A stretch of 63,956 bases of DNA, the filler included, from Octopus bimaculoides (taxonomy: Eukaryota), in NCBI RefSeq assembly GCF_001194135.2. It is 7 parts of 7 records of this genome, joined end to end, with 100 filler letters (N's around TTAATTAATTAA, not from the genome) between each part and the next. Parts side by side here need not be neighbours in the genome. Positions count along the whole stretch, not along the records: positions 1 to 15,338 come from NC_069003.1; 6 more parts are not named here. One strand, 5' to 3'. The translations under genes and the position numbers were made by a program. The first letter of the stretch is position 1, and every line of letters starts with the position of its first letter. This document shows positions 1 through 12,184 of this stretch, in pieces. The notes under the pieces were generated by a model. That model was not told the origin of the DNA, did no database searches, and saw only the letters and a program-made list of their open reading frames with translations.

Positions 1-807
1 TATATATATATATATATATATGTACGTGTTTATATACATGTAATATATATGTATATACGCACGTCTATTTTGTATACATGTAGGAATACAAAATTAAGTG
101 GATGTACATATGTGAACCTCTAGTGTAAAACATGAGCGAAAGAAAACGAACCCAAGGAGGTCGGTTGCTACGAAGAACATGAGAAGATTGAGAAGTGGTG
201 GGCATGGTCGGGATGGAGGGATGCGAGAAATAGGCGGCGGAAATTTGATATGGAGCCAGGAACATTCCGTCTACGACATTGTTTGGTGTAAAAGACACAA
301 AAGAACTTCGACTGGTGTGTATAGACACACGTACACTTGCGCATATATATATACTCACAAACATATACACACACACAACATACACAGACACACACAAACT
401 CGCATAAAAACAAACCATAGCCACACACATATANNNNNNNNNNTATATATATATACACGTGTATGTGTGTGTCTGTGTACGTGTGTTTGTATGCGTGTGT
501 CTGCTCAAGCATGGAGGTACATTGGATATAAGTATATATTCATGCCCGTATATGTGTGTGTGTGTGTGTTCTGGCAACATTTATACACTCTCTCCGATAG
601 ATAAGGAGCCAGGTTCTTACTGAAAAAACAAGGTTCTCTCTCTGGAATTCAGACATCAGCTGGTAGTTATGTATATATACATGCTTGTATGTATGCATGT
701 ATGTATATATGTACGTATGTACGTATGCCTGTATGAATCCGTGCAGATATGTATACATGTATGTCTATGAATGTATCTTTGTATATATGTTGGTATGCAT
801 GTATGTA

Positions 808-809
808 TC

Positions 810-880
<71 letters not shown>

Positions 881-936
881 TTATGTACGTATGTATGAAG
901 GCACGATTCTGTTTTTGAATTACGCATGTATGTTTG

Positions 937-970
<34 letters not shown>

Positions 971-1075
971 TGTATGTATGTATGTATGTATGTATGTATG
1001 AATGTATGTTTGTATGTATGTATGTATGTATGTATGTATGTATGTATGAATGTATGTTTGTATGTATATGTATGC
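808..1075. repeat. (GT)n and (GTAT)n microsatellite block
   Basis: Perfect GT and ATGT runs read directly; similar blocks flank nearly every gap in the window. Confidence 0.95.
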
Positions 1076-2082
1076 AAGCGAGTCAAAATCTATATNNNNN
1101 NNNNNNNNNNNNNNNNNNNNNNNNNNNNNNNNNNNNNNNNNNNNNNNNNNNNNNNNNNNNNNNNNNNNNNNNNNNNNNNNNNNNNNNNNNNNNNNNNNNN
1201 NNNNNNNNNNNNNNNNNNNNNNNNNNNNNNNNNNNNNNNNNNNNNNNNNNNNNNNNNNNNNNNNNNNNNNNNNNNNNNNNNNNNNNNNNNNNNNNNNNNN
1301 NNNNNNNNNNNNNNNNNNNNNNNNNNNNNNNNNNNNNNNNNNNNNNNNNNNNNNNNNNNNNNNNNNNNNNNNNNNNNNNNNNNNNNNNNNNNNNNNNNNN
1401 NNNNNNNNNNNNNNNNNNNNNNNNNNNNNNNNNNNNNNNNNNNNNNNNNNNNNNNNNNNNNNNNNNNNNNNNNNNNNNNNNNNNNNNNNNNNNNNNNNNN
1501 NNNNNNNNNNNNNNNNNNNNNNNNNNNNNNNNNNNNNNNNNNNNNNNNNNNNNNNNNNNNNNNNNNNNNNNNNNNNNNNNNNNNNNNNNNNNNNNNNNNN
1601 NNNNNNNNNNNNNNNNNNNNNNNNNNNNNNNNNNNNNNNNNNNNNNNNNNNNNNNNNNNNNNNNNNNNNNNNNNNNNNNNNNNNNNNNNNNNNNNNNNNN
1701 NNNNNNNNNNNNNNNNNNNNNNNNNNNNNNNNNNNNNNNNNNNNNNNNNNNNNNNNNNNNNNNNNNNNNNNNNNNNNNNNNNNNNNNNNNNNNNNNNNNN
1801 NNNNNNNNNNNNNNNNNNNNNNNNNNNNNNNNNNNNNNNNNNNNNNNNNNNNNNNNNNNNNNNNNNNNNNNNNNNNNNNNNNNNNNNNNNNNNNNNNNNN
1901 NNNNNNNNNNNNNNNNNNNNNNNNNNNNNNNNNNNNNNNNNNNNNNNNNNNNNNNNNNNNNNNNNNNNNNNNNNNNNNNNNNNNNNNNNNNNNNNNNNNN
2001 NNNNNNNNNNNNNNNNNNNNNNNNNNNNNNNNNNNNNNNNNNNNNNNNNNNNNNNNNNNNNNNNNNNNNNNNNNNNNNNNNN

Positions 2083-2133
<51 letters not shown>

Positions 2134-2254
2134 TTATATATATATATGTATATATATATGTATATATATATGTATGTATGTATACATATGTATATATATA
2201 TGTATATATATGTATATGTATGTATATATGTACGTATATATATGTATATATATG

Positions 2255-2327
<73 letters not shown>

Positions 2328-2651
2328 ATAAAACAGATCAGGAATGCAACTTGAAGCAACGAAAACTCTTACAAGAGTGCAAAATAAGCATGGTTGAACG
2401 CTGTATCATTTAATACGTTGTGAACTTAACCGAATAAAAACATTCGAAGGCTCATATGTAAGAATTTGTTTTTCGTTCTGGGACACAGAATTGTGTTTCT
2501 GAAAATGCACTGCACACGTGGAGGTCCAGCCGAGGCTTTGTCAGCAGGAAATATGAGAAGGAATTCGAATTTATTTAAACTTTATTCAAACATCACACAC
2601 CCTATAGGAAGGTCACATGATGCTAAGAGGCTGTTTGTGTGTTTATATGTG

Positions 2652-2698
<47 letters not shown>

Positions 2699-3589
2699 AN
2701 NNNNNNNNNNNNNNNNNNNNNNNNNNNNNNNNNNNNNNNNNNNNNNNNNNNNNNNNNNNNNNNNNNNNNNNNNNNNNNNNNNNNNNNNNNNNNNNNNNNN
2801 NNNNNNNNNNNNNNNNNNNNNNNNNNNNNNNNNNNNNNNNNNNNNNNNNNNNNNNNNNNNNNNNNNNNNNNNNNNNNNNNNNNNNNNNNNNNNNNNNNNN
2901 NNNNNNNNNNNNNNNNNNNNNNNNNNNNNNNNNNNNNNNNNNNNNNNNNNNNNNNNNNNNNNNNNNNNNNNNNNNNNNNNNNNNNNNNNNNNNNNNNNNN
3001 NNNNNNNNNNNNNNNNNNNNNNNNNNNNNNNNNNNNNNNNNNNNNNNNNNNNNNNNNNNNNNNNNNNNNNNNNNNNNNNNNNNNNNNNNNNNNNNNNNNN
3101 NNNNNNNNNNNNNNNNNNNNNNNNNNNNNNNNNNNNNNNNNNNNNNNNNNNNNNNNNNNNNNNNNNNNNNNNNNNNNNNNNNNNNNNNNNNNNNNNNNNN
3201 NNNNNNNNNNNNNNNNNNNNNNNNNNNNNNNNNNNNNNNNNNNNNNNNNNNNNNNNNNNNNNNNNNNNNNNNNNNNNNNNNNNNNNNNNNNNNNNNNNNN
3301 NNNNNNNNNNNNNNNNNNNNNNNNNNNNNNNNNNNNNNNNNNNNNNNNNNNNNNNNNNNNNNNNNNNNNNNNNNNNNNNNNNNNNNNNNNNNNNNNNNNN
3401 NNNNNNNNNNNNNNNNNNNNNNNNNNNNNNNNNNNNNNNNNNNNNNNNNNNNNNNNNNNNNNNNNNNNNNNNNNNNNNNNNNNNNNNNNNNNNNNNNNNN
3501 NNNNNNNNNNNNNNNNNNNNNNNNNNNNNNNNNNNNNNNNNNNNNNNNNNNNNNNNNNNNNTATATATATATATATTATATATATATTG

Positions 3590-3830
3590 TTACTTGCTTC
3601 AGTCATTTGACTACGGCCATGCTGGAGCACCGAAGTGAGGATTATTAGTCAAGTAAATCAACCCCTCAGGACTGTTTTTTTTAAAGCCTAGTACGTATTC
3701 TATCGGCCTCTTTTACCGAACCGCTAAGTGACGGGGGCGTAAGCACACCAACAACGGTTGTCAAGCGATGGTGGTGTGGGAGACAAACACGGACATAGAG
3801 GCACACTCATAGTTTTCCTTTTTGGTAAAA
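3590..3830 (-). mobile_element. Octopus tRNA-derived SINE, family B, 3' part
   Basis: Matches the element repeated at 16170-16560, 42330-42730, 45895-46258 and 56230-56460 (cagtcatttgactgcggccatgctggagcacc ... gaaccgctaagttacgggg). Confidence 0.85.
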
Positions 3831-4095
3831 CATTGCACACGGCTGTCTATATTAAATATAAAAGTGCTTTGCGACATTTCGTCCGTCTTCACGTCCTGAG
3901 TTCAAATTCCGCCACCGTGGAGTTTGTCTGTCATTCTTTCAGAGTCGGTACCAGTTGAACAATGGAGCCGACTTAATCGACTTACCCACTTAACCGAAGT
4001 TGCTGGTCATGTGTCAAAATTTGAAAGTAATTAACTGATATTAATTTTTTAAAATCATTAATGCTATTAATATATTTTTGTTTTCTATTTCACAG

Positions 4096-4142
4096 ATTTT
4101 TTTGAGACTATTCTTGCTGACGTCATCATCTTATGTTTATTG
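4096..4142 (+). other. Candidate upstream (probably 5'UTR) exon of the claudin-like gene
   Basis: Pyrimidine-rich acceptor ttttctatttcacag and donor TG|gtagga; contains TGACGTCA (4118-4125). No transcript evidence available. Confidence 0.3.
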
Positions 4143-4554
4143 GTAGGACTCTGCTGAAGGTGTTACATTACACTGAAGAAACGAAACAGCAATTCTAATG
4201 AATGAAAGGACCAATTAATTCCTTAAAGATATCAGTTTTCTCCATGAAAATCACTCGAACCTTGAATAGATAATCTATCATCCGTTACCTTTATGCCACT
4301 ACCCTCACGCATTAAATAAACAAAATAAAAAGTTAATTAGCCCTCAGAAAAAGCCGGGACTACGGCCCTTACATATGCAAGGAATAAGTGAATTCTTTCC
4401 CCGTCTGCTGAAACAATATGTTGCCTTACATATAATGGACTAAGGCCACCGTGAAATGAAGTCTCTCCAAGTTCACTTCATATTAAAGGAACCAAGTGGT
4501 CAGTAAATCGCCTGGCCAGACACAGTTGTAATCTTCTCGTTTTGTACCTCAACA

Positions 4555-4738
4555 ATGACAATTTCTATCCATTCGGCTGTCTCCTTCGGGGTCCTGATTC
4601 TAGCCGGGCTCTGCTACGTCACGTCTCAAGTTACCGACGTTTGGATGGAAAGCGATGGTCTTCTGTCTTTGGGAGTTTGGAGTTTCTGTGTCTTCAGCAC
4701 CGATACACATTCTTGGAGTTGCGAAATCAACTTTTCTG
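4555..4738 (+). CDS. PMP22/EMP/MP20/claudin-superfamily tetraspan protein, coding exon 1
   Basis: MTISIHSAVSFGVLILAGLCYVTSQVTDVWMESDGLLSLGVWSFCVFSTDTHSWSCEINFS: TM1 plus a W...G(L/V)W..C...C loop-1 signature; donor G|gtaagg, phase 1. Confidence 0.9.
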
Positions 4739-4772
4739 GTAAGGTTCTCTGAATACAACAATTCTTCTAAAT

Positions 4773-4818
<46 letters not shown>

Positions 4819-6079
4819 NNNNNNNNNNNNNNNNNNNNNNNNNNNNNNNNNNNNNNNNNNNNNNNNNNNNNNNNNNNNNNNNNNNNNNNNNNNNNNNNNN
4901 NNNNNNNNNNNNNNNNNNNNNNNNNNNNNNNNNNNNNNNNNNNNNNNNNNNNNNNNNNNNNNNNNNNNNNNNNNNNNNNNNNNNNNNNNNNNNNNNNNNN
5001 NNNNNNNNNNNNNNNNNNNNNNNNNNNNNNNNNNNNNNNNNNNNNNNNNNNNNNNNNNNNNNNNNNNNNNNNNNNNNNNNNNNNNNNNNNNNNNNNNNNN
5101 NNNNNNNNNNNNNNNNNNNNNNNNNNNNNNNNNNNNNNNNNNNNNNNNNNNNNNNNNNNNNNNNNNNNNNNNNNNNNNNNNNNNNNNNNNNNNNNNNNNN
5201 NNNNNNNNNNNNNNNNNNNNNNNNNNNNNNNNNNNNNNNNNNNNNNNNNNNNNNNNNNNNNNNNNNNNNNNNNNNNNNNNNNNNNNNNNNNNNNNNNNNN
5301 NNNNNNNNNNNNNNNNNNNNNNNNNNNNNNNNNNNNNNNNNNNNNNNNNNNNNNNNNNNNNNNNNNNNNNNNNNNNNNNNNNNNNNNNNNNNNNNNNNNN
5401 NNNNNNNNNNNNNNNNNNNNNNNNNNNNNNNNNNNNNNNNNNNNNNNNNNNNNNNNNNNNNNNNNNNNNNNNNNNNNNNNNNNNNNNNNNNNNNNNNCTG
5501 GGGTTGATTTATTCGACTAAAATTTTTTTTAGAAGGTTGCGCCCCAGCATAGCCGCAGTCTAAAAACGGAAACAAAATCTAATAACGGAAGAAAAAATCA
5601 ATAATTTTAAGGGGAGGAGTTTAGTCAATACCCTCATCTTCAACACTTAACTGTGTTTATTTATTAGAGGAAAAAACGCAAAGTTGACCTCAGCGGGATT
5701 TGAACTCAGAAGAAAAAGGCTATGGAATGTTTTTTTTCGCGACTCTCTAACGATTTTGCCAGCTCACTCATAGCTTTGTAAGCGTAAGGAGTGGAATGTT
5801 TGGAAGCATTAGTGTCTAATAAGTTTAACTGAAATTGATTGTTGCCTGATGAAATAAATATCTAGAAAAAAAGCTATCAAAGAAAGATTTTATGAAATGG
5901 TAATTTTTAAAAGAAGAGAAGGAATAGAAGAAAAGGTAGACAGAACGAAAGAAGGAATTAAAAAATAAAAGAATGGTAGCGTGTCACATCATTTAACTAA
6001 CAGAATAATTAAATTACAGGAAAATAATGTTAATAAAATTATTTCCGATATTTAATCAACAATCTTTTATTACCAATGC

Positions 6080-6250
6080 GTAGGCTTAGCTGTGTGGTTA
6101 AGGAGCTTGGTTTGCAGCCACCACATGGTTTCGGGTTCTATTCCACTATGTGACACCTTGGGCAAGTGTCTTTATGGCTATTATAACCCCGGACTGACCA
6201 ATGCCTTGTAAGTAAATTTCATAGACGGAAATTGTGTGGAAGTTCGTTGT
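6080..6250 (+). mobile_element. SINE family B, 5' part
   Basis: tRNA-like head gctgtgtggttaag...gggttctattcc followed by the gacaccttgggcaagtgtc body seen in other copies. Confidence 0.8.
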
Positions 6251-6257
6251 GTATGTA

Positions 6258-6481
6258 CAGTAATTCCTAGCCATATCGCGACTCACCTATCGCGGTTTAT
6301 TATTTAAGCTTACGTCGATTCCTCCGTGGGGTTGTTTTGCATTTATAATAAAATAGATACATACAAATTATGAAAATAGTAAAACAAATATATACAGTAC
6401 AGTAGTGTTTCTACTTCGCGGATTTTCATCTATCGCGGGGGATTTTGGAATGGAAAACCCACGATAATCGACAGATTACTG
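6258..6481. mobile_element. Tigger/pogo-like MITE
   Basis: Imperfect TIRs cagtaattcctagccatatcgcg / cacgataatcgacagattactg, left end preceded by TA; no ORF. Confidence 0.6.
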
Positions 6482-6483
6482 TG

Positions 6484-6528
<45 letters not shown>

Positions 6529-6639
6529 GATTCAAACATGAACAAGCAAGAAAAAACAACAACGCGAGGACGTGGAATAACTACAGTGTTACTGGACGCT
6601 CAGAGACAGACAAACAGATAGACAGACAGACAGACAGAC

Positions 6640-6679
<40 letters not shown>

Positions 6680-6842
6680 CGATCAAAGGTGCAGAAACGA
6701 TGTACTCCGAATGAATTAAAAGGTAACATAATCCAAGGGTAGATTAAGAAACCCATGAATCAGGTACTCCAAAACTGTCGGAAGGACAAGGACAGTCCGT
6801 GGGAGCGTGCAGTAAATAGTCAATTCAAATGAAACAAGAACA

Positions 6843-7146
6843 AAAAATAAAACGAACGTGAGGACATGCACAAGAAACGTATTAGCTTGATGCTCAGTGA
6901 AAGGTCCGAATTTGACGTTTCGAGCGTAACTCTTCGTCGGAAAGGAGAAAGCGAAAAGTCCAAAGATGGAGAAGAAATCGTCAAATGTAACTACACGTGT
7001 GCCATTGACGTTTCCTTCTCCATATTTGAACTTTTCCCTTTCTCCTTTCCAACGAAGAGCTACGCTCGAAACGTCAAACACTCTCCTTTCACCGAACATC
7101 AAGCTAATACCTGTCTTGCGCACGTCCTCATGTTCCTCTTTTATTT
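6843..7146. mobile_element. Penelope-like element-derived foldback with two degenerate minimal hammerhead motifs
   Basis: ~140-bp arms (6843-6984, 7005-7146) are reverse complements; motifs CCGACGA-AGAGU-UAC-GCUC-GAAACGUC (6914-6940, -) and CCAACGA-AGAGC-UAC-GCUC-GAAACGUC (7049-7075, +). Confidence 0.65.
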
Positions 7147-7206
7147 GAATTGTTTGTTTATTTCAAATGACTATATATATACACACACATATATACATAT
7201 ATATAT

Positions 7207-7237
<31 letters not shown>

Positions 7238-7612
7238 ATGTTGATACACACGCATATATGTACTCATACATACACACATGTATATATGTGTTCGTATGTG
7301 TGTATGTGTGTGTGTGTGCTGAGTGAGTGAAAGAGAGAGTAAGAATTCGTTATGTTGTTACCTAACAACACGTATTAGCATCAACAAAATGAAACAGAAT
7401 TTGAAACTTGGGCGATGACGGTGGTGGTGGTTGAGTTGATGCGGGGTGTGTGGTAGTGGTGGTTGTGATGGTGGTTGCGGTGGTAGTGGTGATCTGTTTT
7501 CATCCCCTTCTCTCTTTCCCTCCCCTCTCCGTTTCCATCCCCCCTTTTTCTTTCCGTATGTCTAAGACTATTGCTATTAAATTTCGTGACACTTTGGTCT
7601 CACTATTTACAG

Positions 7613-7762
7613 GATTCAACATGGCATCGCAGACATTCTCCATTTTGGCTTTACTCTGTTACCTCAACGCATTCTTTCTCTACACATTGTCTATGGCGTG
7701 TCGTTCTCTGCAGAAATGCCGACCAATTATAACTGGAATATCTTGCCTGGTCTTTTTTATCG
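7613..7762 (+). CDS. Claudin-superfamily protein, coding exon 2 (TM2 and start of TM3)
   Basis: Acceptor cactatttacag, donor G|gtgagt, 150 nt, phase 1/1; GFNMASQTFSILALLCYLNAFFLYTLSMACRSLQKCRPIITGISCLVFFI. Confidence 0.9.
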
Positions 7763-7964
7763 GTGAGTACACAACTTTCCCACATGTAACATCTCACACA
7801 TCTCACATACTACTTTACTAAAGACAGATGTGTTAACCCTTTAGCACTTAAATCATTTATTTAAAAGTGAAACTAATTTATTCCCATTGTTTTGAATAAG
7901 TCATGCATTATCTCGTTGCTTTGAGATTTTGATGAGCTAATGGTTAATTTTTAGAATAATAAAA

Positions 7965-8075
7965 GGATGAAAGGCAAAGTCGACTTCGGCGGAATTTGAA
8001 CTCAGAAAAGAAAGACGGATTAAATACCGCTAAGCATTTTGACCGGCGCGGTAACGATTCTGCCAGCTCGCCGTC
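7965..8075 (-). mobile_element. SINE family A, 5' part
   Basis: Reverse complement gives ggcgagctggcagaatcgttacc...gagttcaaattccgccgaagtcgac with A- and B-box-like motifs. Confidence 0.85.
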
Positions 8076-8519
8076 TTCATTCAGTTCTATAGTAAGTCGT
8101 TATATGCATGGTGAACAGCGTAAATCCAAACTATGATTTGTATATTTATTTTTAATATGTTCCGACAGATTCGAACGTGAATATGTTAACCCATGTTGTG
8201 TTTCGTAACAGAAGGACAACTTCTCTTCTACAACGAATGTATATTCGTAGCACATACGATTCCTTAGGTGATAAACTTAATAATCTGAAACTGCCAATTT
8301 GGAGACCTTAACCGAATCCATTCTATGACAAGCATCCGCACCCGATCTCCGGTTATATAGATGTCCTTTTAGGCAGTTTTTATTGCTATTTCCCCNNNNN
8401 NNNNNNNNNNNNNNNNNNNNNNNNNNNNNNNNNNNNNNNNNNNNNNNNNNNNNNNNNNNNNNNNNNNNNNNNNNNNNNNNNNNNNNNNNNNNNNNNNNNN
8501 NNNNNNNNNNNNNNNNNNN

Positions 8520-8556
<37 letters not shown>

Positions 8557-8569
8557 ACAATAGAGGTAT

Positions 8570-8740
8570 CATAGGCGCAGGAATGGCTGTGTGGTAAGTA
8601 GCTTGCTTACAAACCACATGGTTCCGGGTTCAGTCCCACTGCGTAGCACCTTGGGCAAGTGTCTTCTACTATAGCCTGGACCGACCAAAGCCTTGTGAGT
8701 GGATTTGGTAGACGGAAACTGAACGAAGCCCGTCGTATAT
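8570..8740 (+). mobile_element. SINE family B, 5' half
   Basis: ggcgcaggaatggctgtgtggtaag...gggttcagtccc head plus the conserved body. Confidence 0.88.
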
Positions 8741-8869
8741 ATGTATATGCGTGTGTAATCGATCTCCCAATTTCTAAATTTGCATTTCACCTTTATCTAT
8801 CTATCTATTAATTAATTAATTAATTATGGAATTTATTAATAATTTGTTTGTTTATTTGTTTATTTTCAG

Positions 8870-9087
8870 TGAGTCTCCAAATTATGACGATGATTGTGTT
8901 CTCTGTGAAAGTTCATCATCACACAGACGACGTCACAGAACTTCATTTGGGCAAGGACGAGAAACGACTTCCGCTAAGGCTGTCATGGTCTTTCACGGCC
9001 GCCATTGTCTCAACGATTCTATCAACCATCAGCGGTGTCTGCATCTCCATAGAACTCAGAAATATTATCGTCGATGAATTCCAGTGA
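8870..9087 (+). CDS. Claudin-superfamily protein, terminal coding exon (TM3 end, loop 2, TM4)
   Basis: Acceptor ttattttcag, phase 1; VSLQIMTMIVFSVKV...LSWSFTAAIVSTILSTISGVCISIELRNIIVDEFQ*. SWSF matches the GWSF motif preceding TM4. Spliced CDS is 552 nt = 183 aa. Confidence 0.9.
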
Positions 9088-9149
9088 ACATTCGGATGGC
9101 CTCTTGTGAAACAAGGCAAAAAATGGCGACGTCGAAACGGTGTACAACC

Positions 9150-9174
9150 ACTACTACTACTAATGCCGCTGCTG

Positions 9175-9216
<42 letters not shown>

Positions 9217-9420
9217 TTACTACTACTACCACCATCGCCACGGTCACTACGATCATCATCAACCCCTCCCCTCCAACAACCACTACCACAACAGCAACGT
9301 GTCATCACTACCGCCAATGCCGCCACTACCGCTGCTACCACCGCTACTCCGATTACAACGACCACCACGACGACGACTACCACCACCACTACTACCACCA
9401 CTACTACCACCACTACTCCC
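9150..9420. repeat. (CTA)n/(CCA)n trinucleotide tract in the presumed 3'UTR
   Basis: Read directly; it explains the poly-T, poly-L and poly-V ORFs in the track. Confidence 0.9.
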
Positions 9421-9512
9421 GAGCATGAGCTAACGTGGGAGCTGCTATATATATTCGCTCGACCAGCTAGAAATAATAGCCAGGTGCCCCTCAAATGATA
9501 CTGTACGCATTG

Positions 9513-9518
9513 AATAAA
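9513..9518 (+). terminator. Candidate polyadenylation signal of the claudin-like gene
   Basis: AATAAA ~430 nt after the stop codon; position only. Confidence 0.3.
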
Positions 9519-10194
9519 GTAGTCCCAGATATGCAATGACCAAGAAATGAAGCAGGATAGTCGTGGTCGTAACGTTATTGATCTTAGGTCTACTCGATCA
9601 GAACTAACCCAAATTCAACAACAGAAACAATATTTTCAACCCCCCCNNNNNNNNNNNNNNNNNNNNNNNNNNNNNNNNNNNNNNNNNNNNNNNNNNNNNN
9701 NNNNNNNNNNNNNNNNNNNNNNNNNNNNNNNNNNNNNNNNNNNNNNNNNNNNNNNNNNNNNNNNNNNNNNNNNNNNNNNNNNNNNNNNNNNNNNNNNNNN
9801 NNNNNNNNNNNNNNNNNNNNNNNNNNNNNNNNNNNNNNNNNNNNNNNNNNNNNNNNNNNNNNNNNNNNNNNNNNNNNNNNNNNNNNNNNNNNNNNNNNNN
9901 NNNNNNNNNNNNNNNNNNNNNNNNNNNNNNNNNNNNNNNNNNNNNNNNNNNNNNNNNNNNNNNNNNNNNNNNNNNNNNNNNNNNNNNNNNNGAGAGCGAA
10001 AACCTCCGCCAAGGCAACACCAACGTCCTCTCAACGATTAGCCGGAGATGATTTTTAAAATGAGAATATCTGAAATAAACTCGACTGCTGAAGGCAGAGG
10101 TAATGATAATATTTTTATAAGCTTTAAGCGTGTATTGACTAAAGAAAATAGTCAATAGACGAAAAAAATAAAATAATTGCGGGTGTCTGTACGC

Positions 10195-10260
10195 GTGGGT
10201 ATCGAGCCCACACCGATGTGCTTTTATGACAAGCGTGCTACCATTAAGGCAACGTTCCCC
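10195..10260 (-). mobile_element. Degenerate tRNA-like SINE head
   Basis: Minus strand: tgccttaatggtag (A-box-like) ... gggctcgataccc (B-box-like); no intact cloverleaf. Confidence 0.4.
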
Positions 10261-11764
10261 GTGGTTTCTTTTGTCAGATTTAAGAACTATAATTTAGTAG
10301 TGTTGTTTATAATGAACAAACATGTGTGTTCTTATCTTCTATCGTATCACACTTCTCTTTCTTTCTCCTCCTTCCCTCTCCTTCCTTTTTTCTCCTCTTC
10401 CTTTCTCCGTCCTGGGTTGTTATTTCGTACTCCTCTGAAGGGTTGGTCCCGCTTGTAAAAGCTGCTCTAATTGTGCAGAAACTACCATGACGGCCAAAAG
10501 GCAGCAGTTTTTATGCCACCTGGATTCTTATCTCAATTTACCATGTAGGTGTCGCCATAAACCGGTCCCATTCCGCTTTGCTGTAAGATGTCGCAACAAC
10601 AAACCGATAGATACTCATTCAAGATCTGATGTGAACATTACACACCACAGTTTCACGAGAGAACCATTAAAGCCTGTACTTATTTTACATCCCCTTTGAA
10701 AATTAACTGGAATATACATTATGCTTTTCGAAGTCACACAAGACATTCCTTTTCACCACTTTGTTACCCAACTCGGTTTCAAAATCATCATGATATCTCT
10801 GTCCTTTAATTTATCTGGAGAAATTTCACTCGATTTCAAAATCCTCATGATATTTCTGTCCTTTAATTTATCTGGAAAGGTTTCAATATATTCTAGAACA
10901 ATGTCGTTGTGCACATCTGTGCAATAGATTCAATCAGAGGCCGAGTTACAACGATACATCAATCACGTATGTTTAACATTCAGAACGTTAGGCTCGGTCG
11001 GCAAAAGTAGAGTTATACTACTGTGTTTATGGACAGTTGACGAGCCTGTATAACATACATTCAATAAAGTTGTTGTCACGGACCTTTTTGTCGAATCTTT
11101 CTTATACTTTTCTTTGTGTAGTTTGTATCACGTGTCTTACATTTCCACGTCGGTTTACATAATGAAAGCCGATCTGCGTGCTACGGGTAAATTATGAAGG
11201 AATTTATGAGCAGAGGAGAAACTTTGCTATAAAATATATAAATACAATTAATGTGAAGATACATTTTAAAATAATCAAATACAGAAGTAGACATAACGTA
11301 CAATATACTCTCCTTTGGGACATATTGTATTGCTGGTAGTCTGATGTACATAAACGGATATATTCGCGTGATCTCTTGCTCAGCGGAATTGCAAAGAAGA
11401 TGGCAAGTGTGTGTTGCAAAGAGGATGGCAACTGTGTGTTGCAAGGTGTATATATCACAGCGCAGAAGCCGATAATATACAGAAAATCTGCAATATCAAA
11501 AACACACCAAGTACAATTTGTTATGCAAATAACTTTGCGAGTGTTCTTTAAGCCAGAAAATCAATATTAAAATTACAATTTAAAAGTATTTAGAGGCAGG
11601 AGGTGTTGTAATAATTATATGGAAAAATATTTCATAATTATATTGAGAAGACTTTTATCCTGTAAATCGATTTCTGAGAGGATTGCATTAAAAGTGAAAA
11701 ATAACCGCAATTAGAGTGATAATGTATACAAAATTATATAACTGTGAACATGTGCGCGTATGTA

Positions 11765-11803
<39 letters not shown>

Positions 11804-11813
11804 NNNNNNNNNN

Positions 11814-11854
<41 letters not shown>

Positions 11855-12184
11855 TACGTACACTCACACACACACACCCTACGCACGCATGCACACACAC
11901 ACAAGTATATGCATGCCTATATATAGATACGCACACACACACATATATAAATATGTGTATGTCTATCCACGGACGTCTGTCATTGATAAGGCCCAAAAAG
12001 CCGAAATCCAGTGATCTGACAGTTCTAGTGGCCATAGCGGACGGTTATCGCCCGCCAGCGATATAATCGCGAGTGCTTTTATGCACCACGAATCCGTATG
12101 AGAGGGTCTCTCGTGGTAAATAACGCAGTATTCTGTGTTCTAATACAACATTAACTTTAAGTGACAAATAAATATTATTTTACG

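Noticed and set aside
117-200. SNRPPWVRFLSLMFY resembling the post-M3 P.WVR motif of Cys-loop receptors
   Set aside because: No preceding transmembrane helix and no other receptor exons in the window; similarity too short.
920-3648. Long ORFs in the track (300-495 aa), and similar ones at 4655, 9547, 34336 and 44296
   Set aside because: They consist of N gaps plus microsatellite translations (YI, CV, HT, RE repeats).
10540-10590. Minus-strand SKAEWDRFMATPTW* after an acceptor-like site
   Set aside because: Only 14 codons, no partner exons and no recognisable family.
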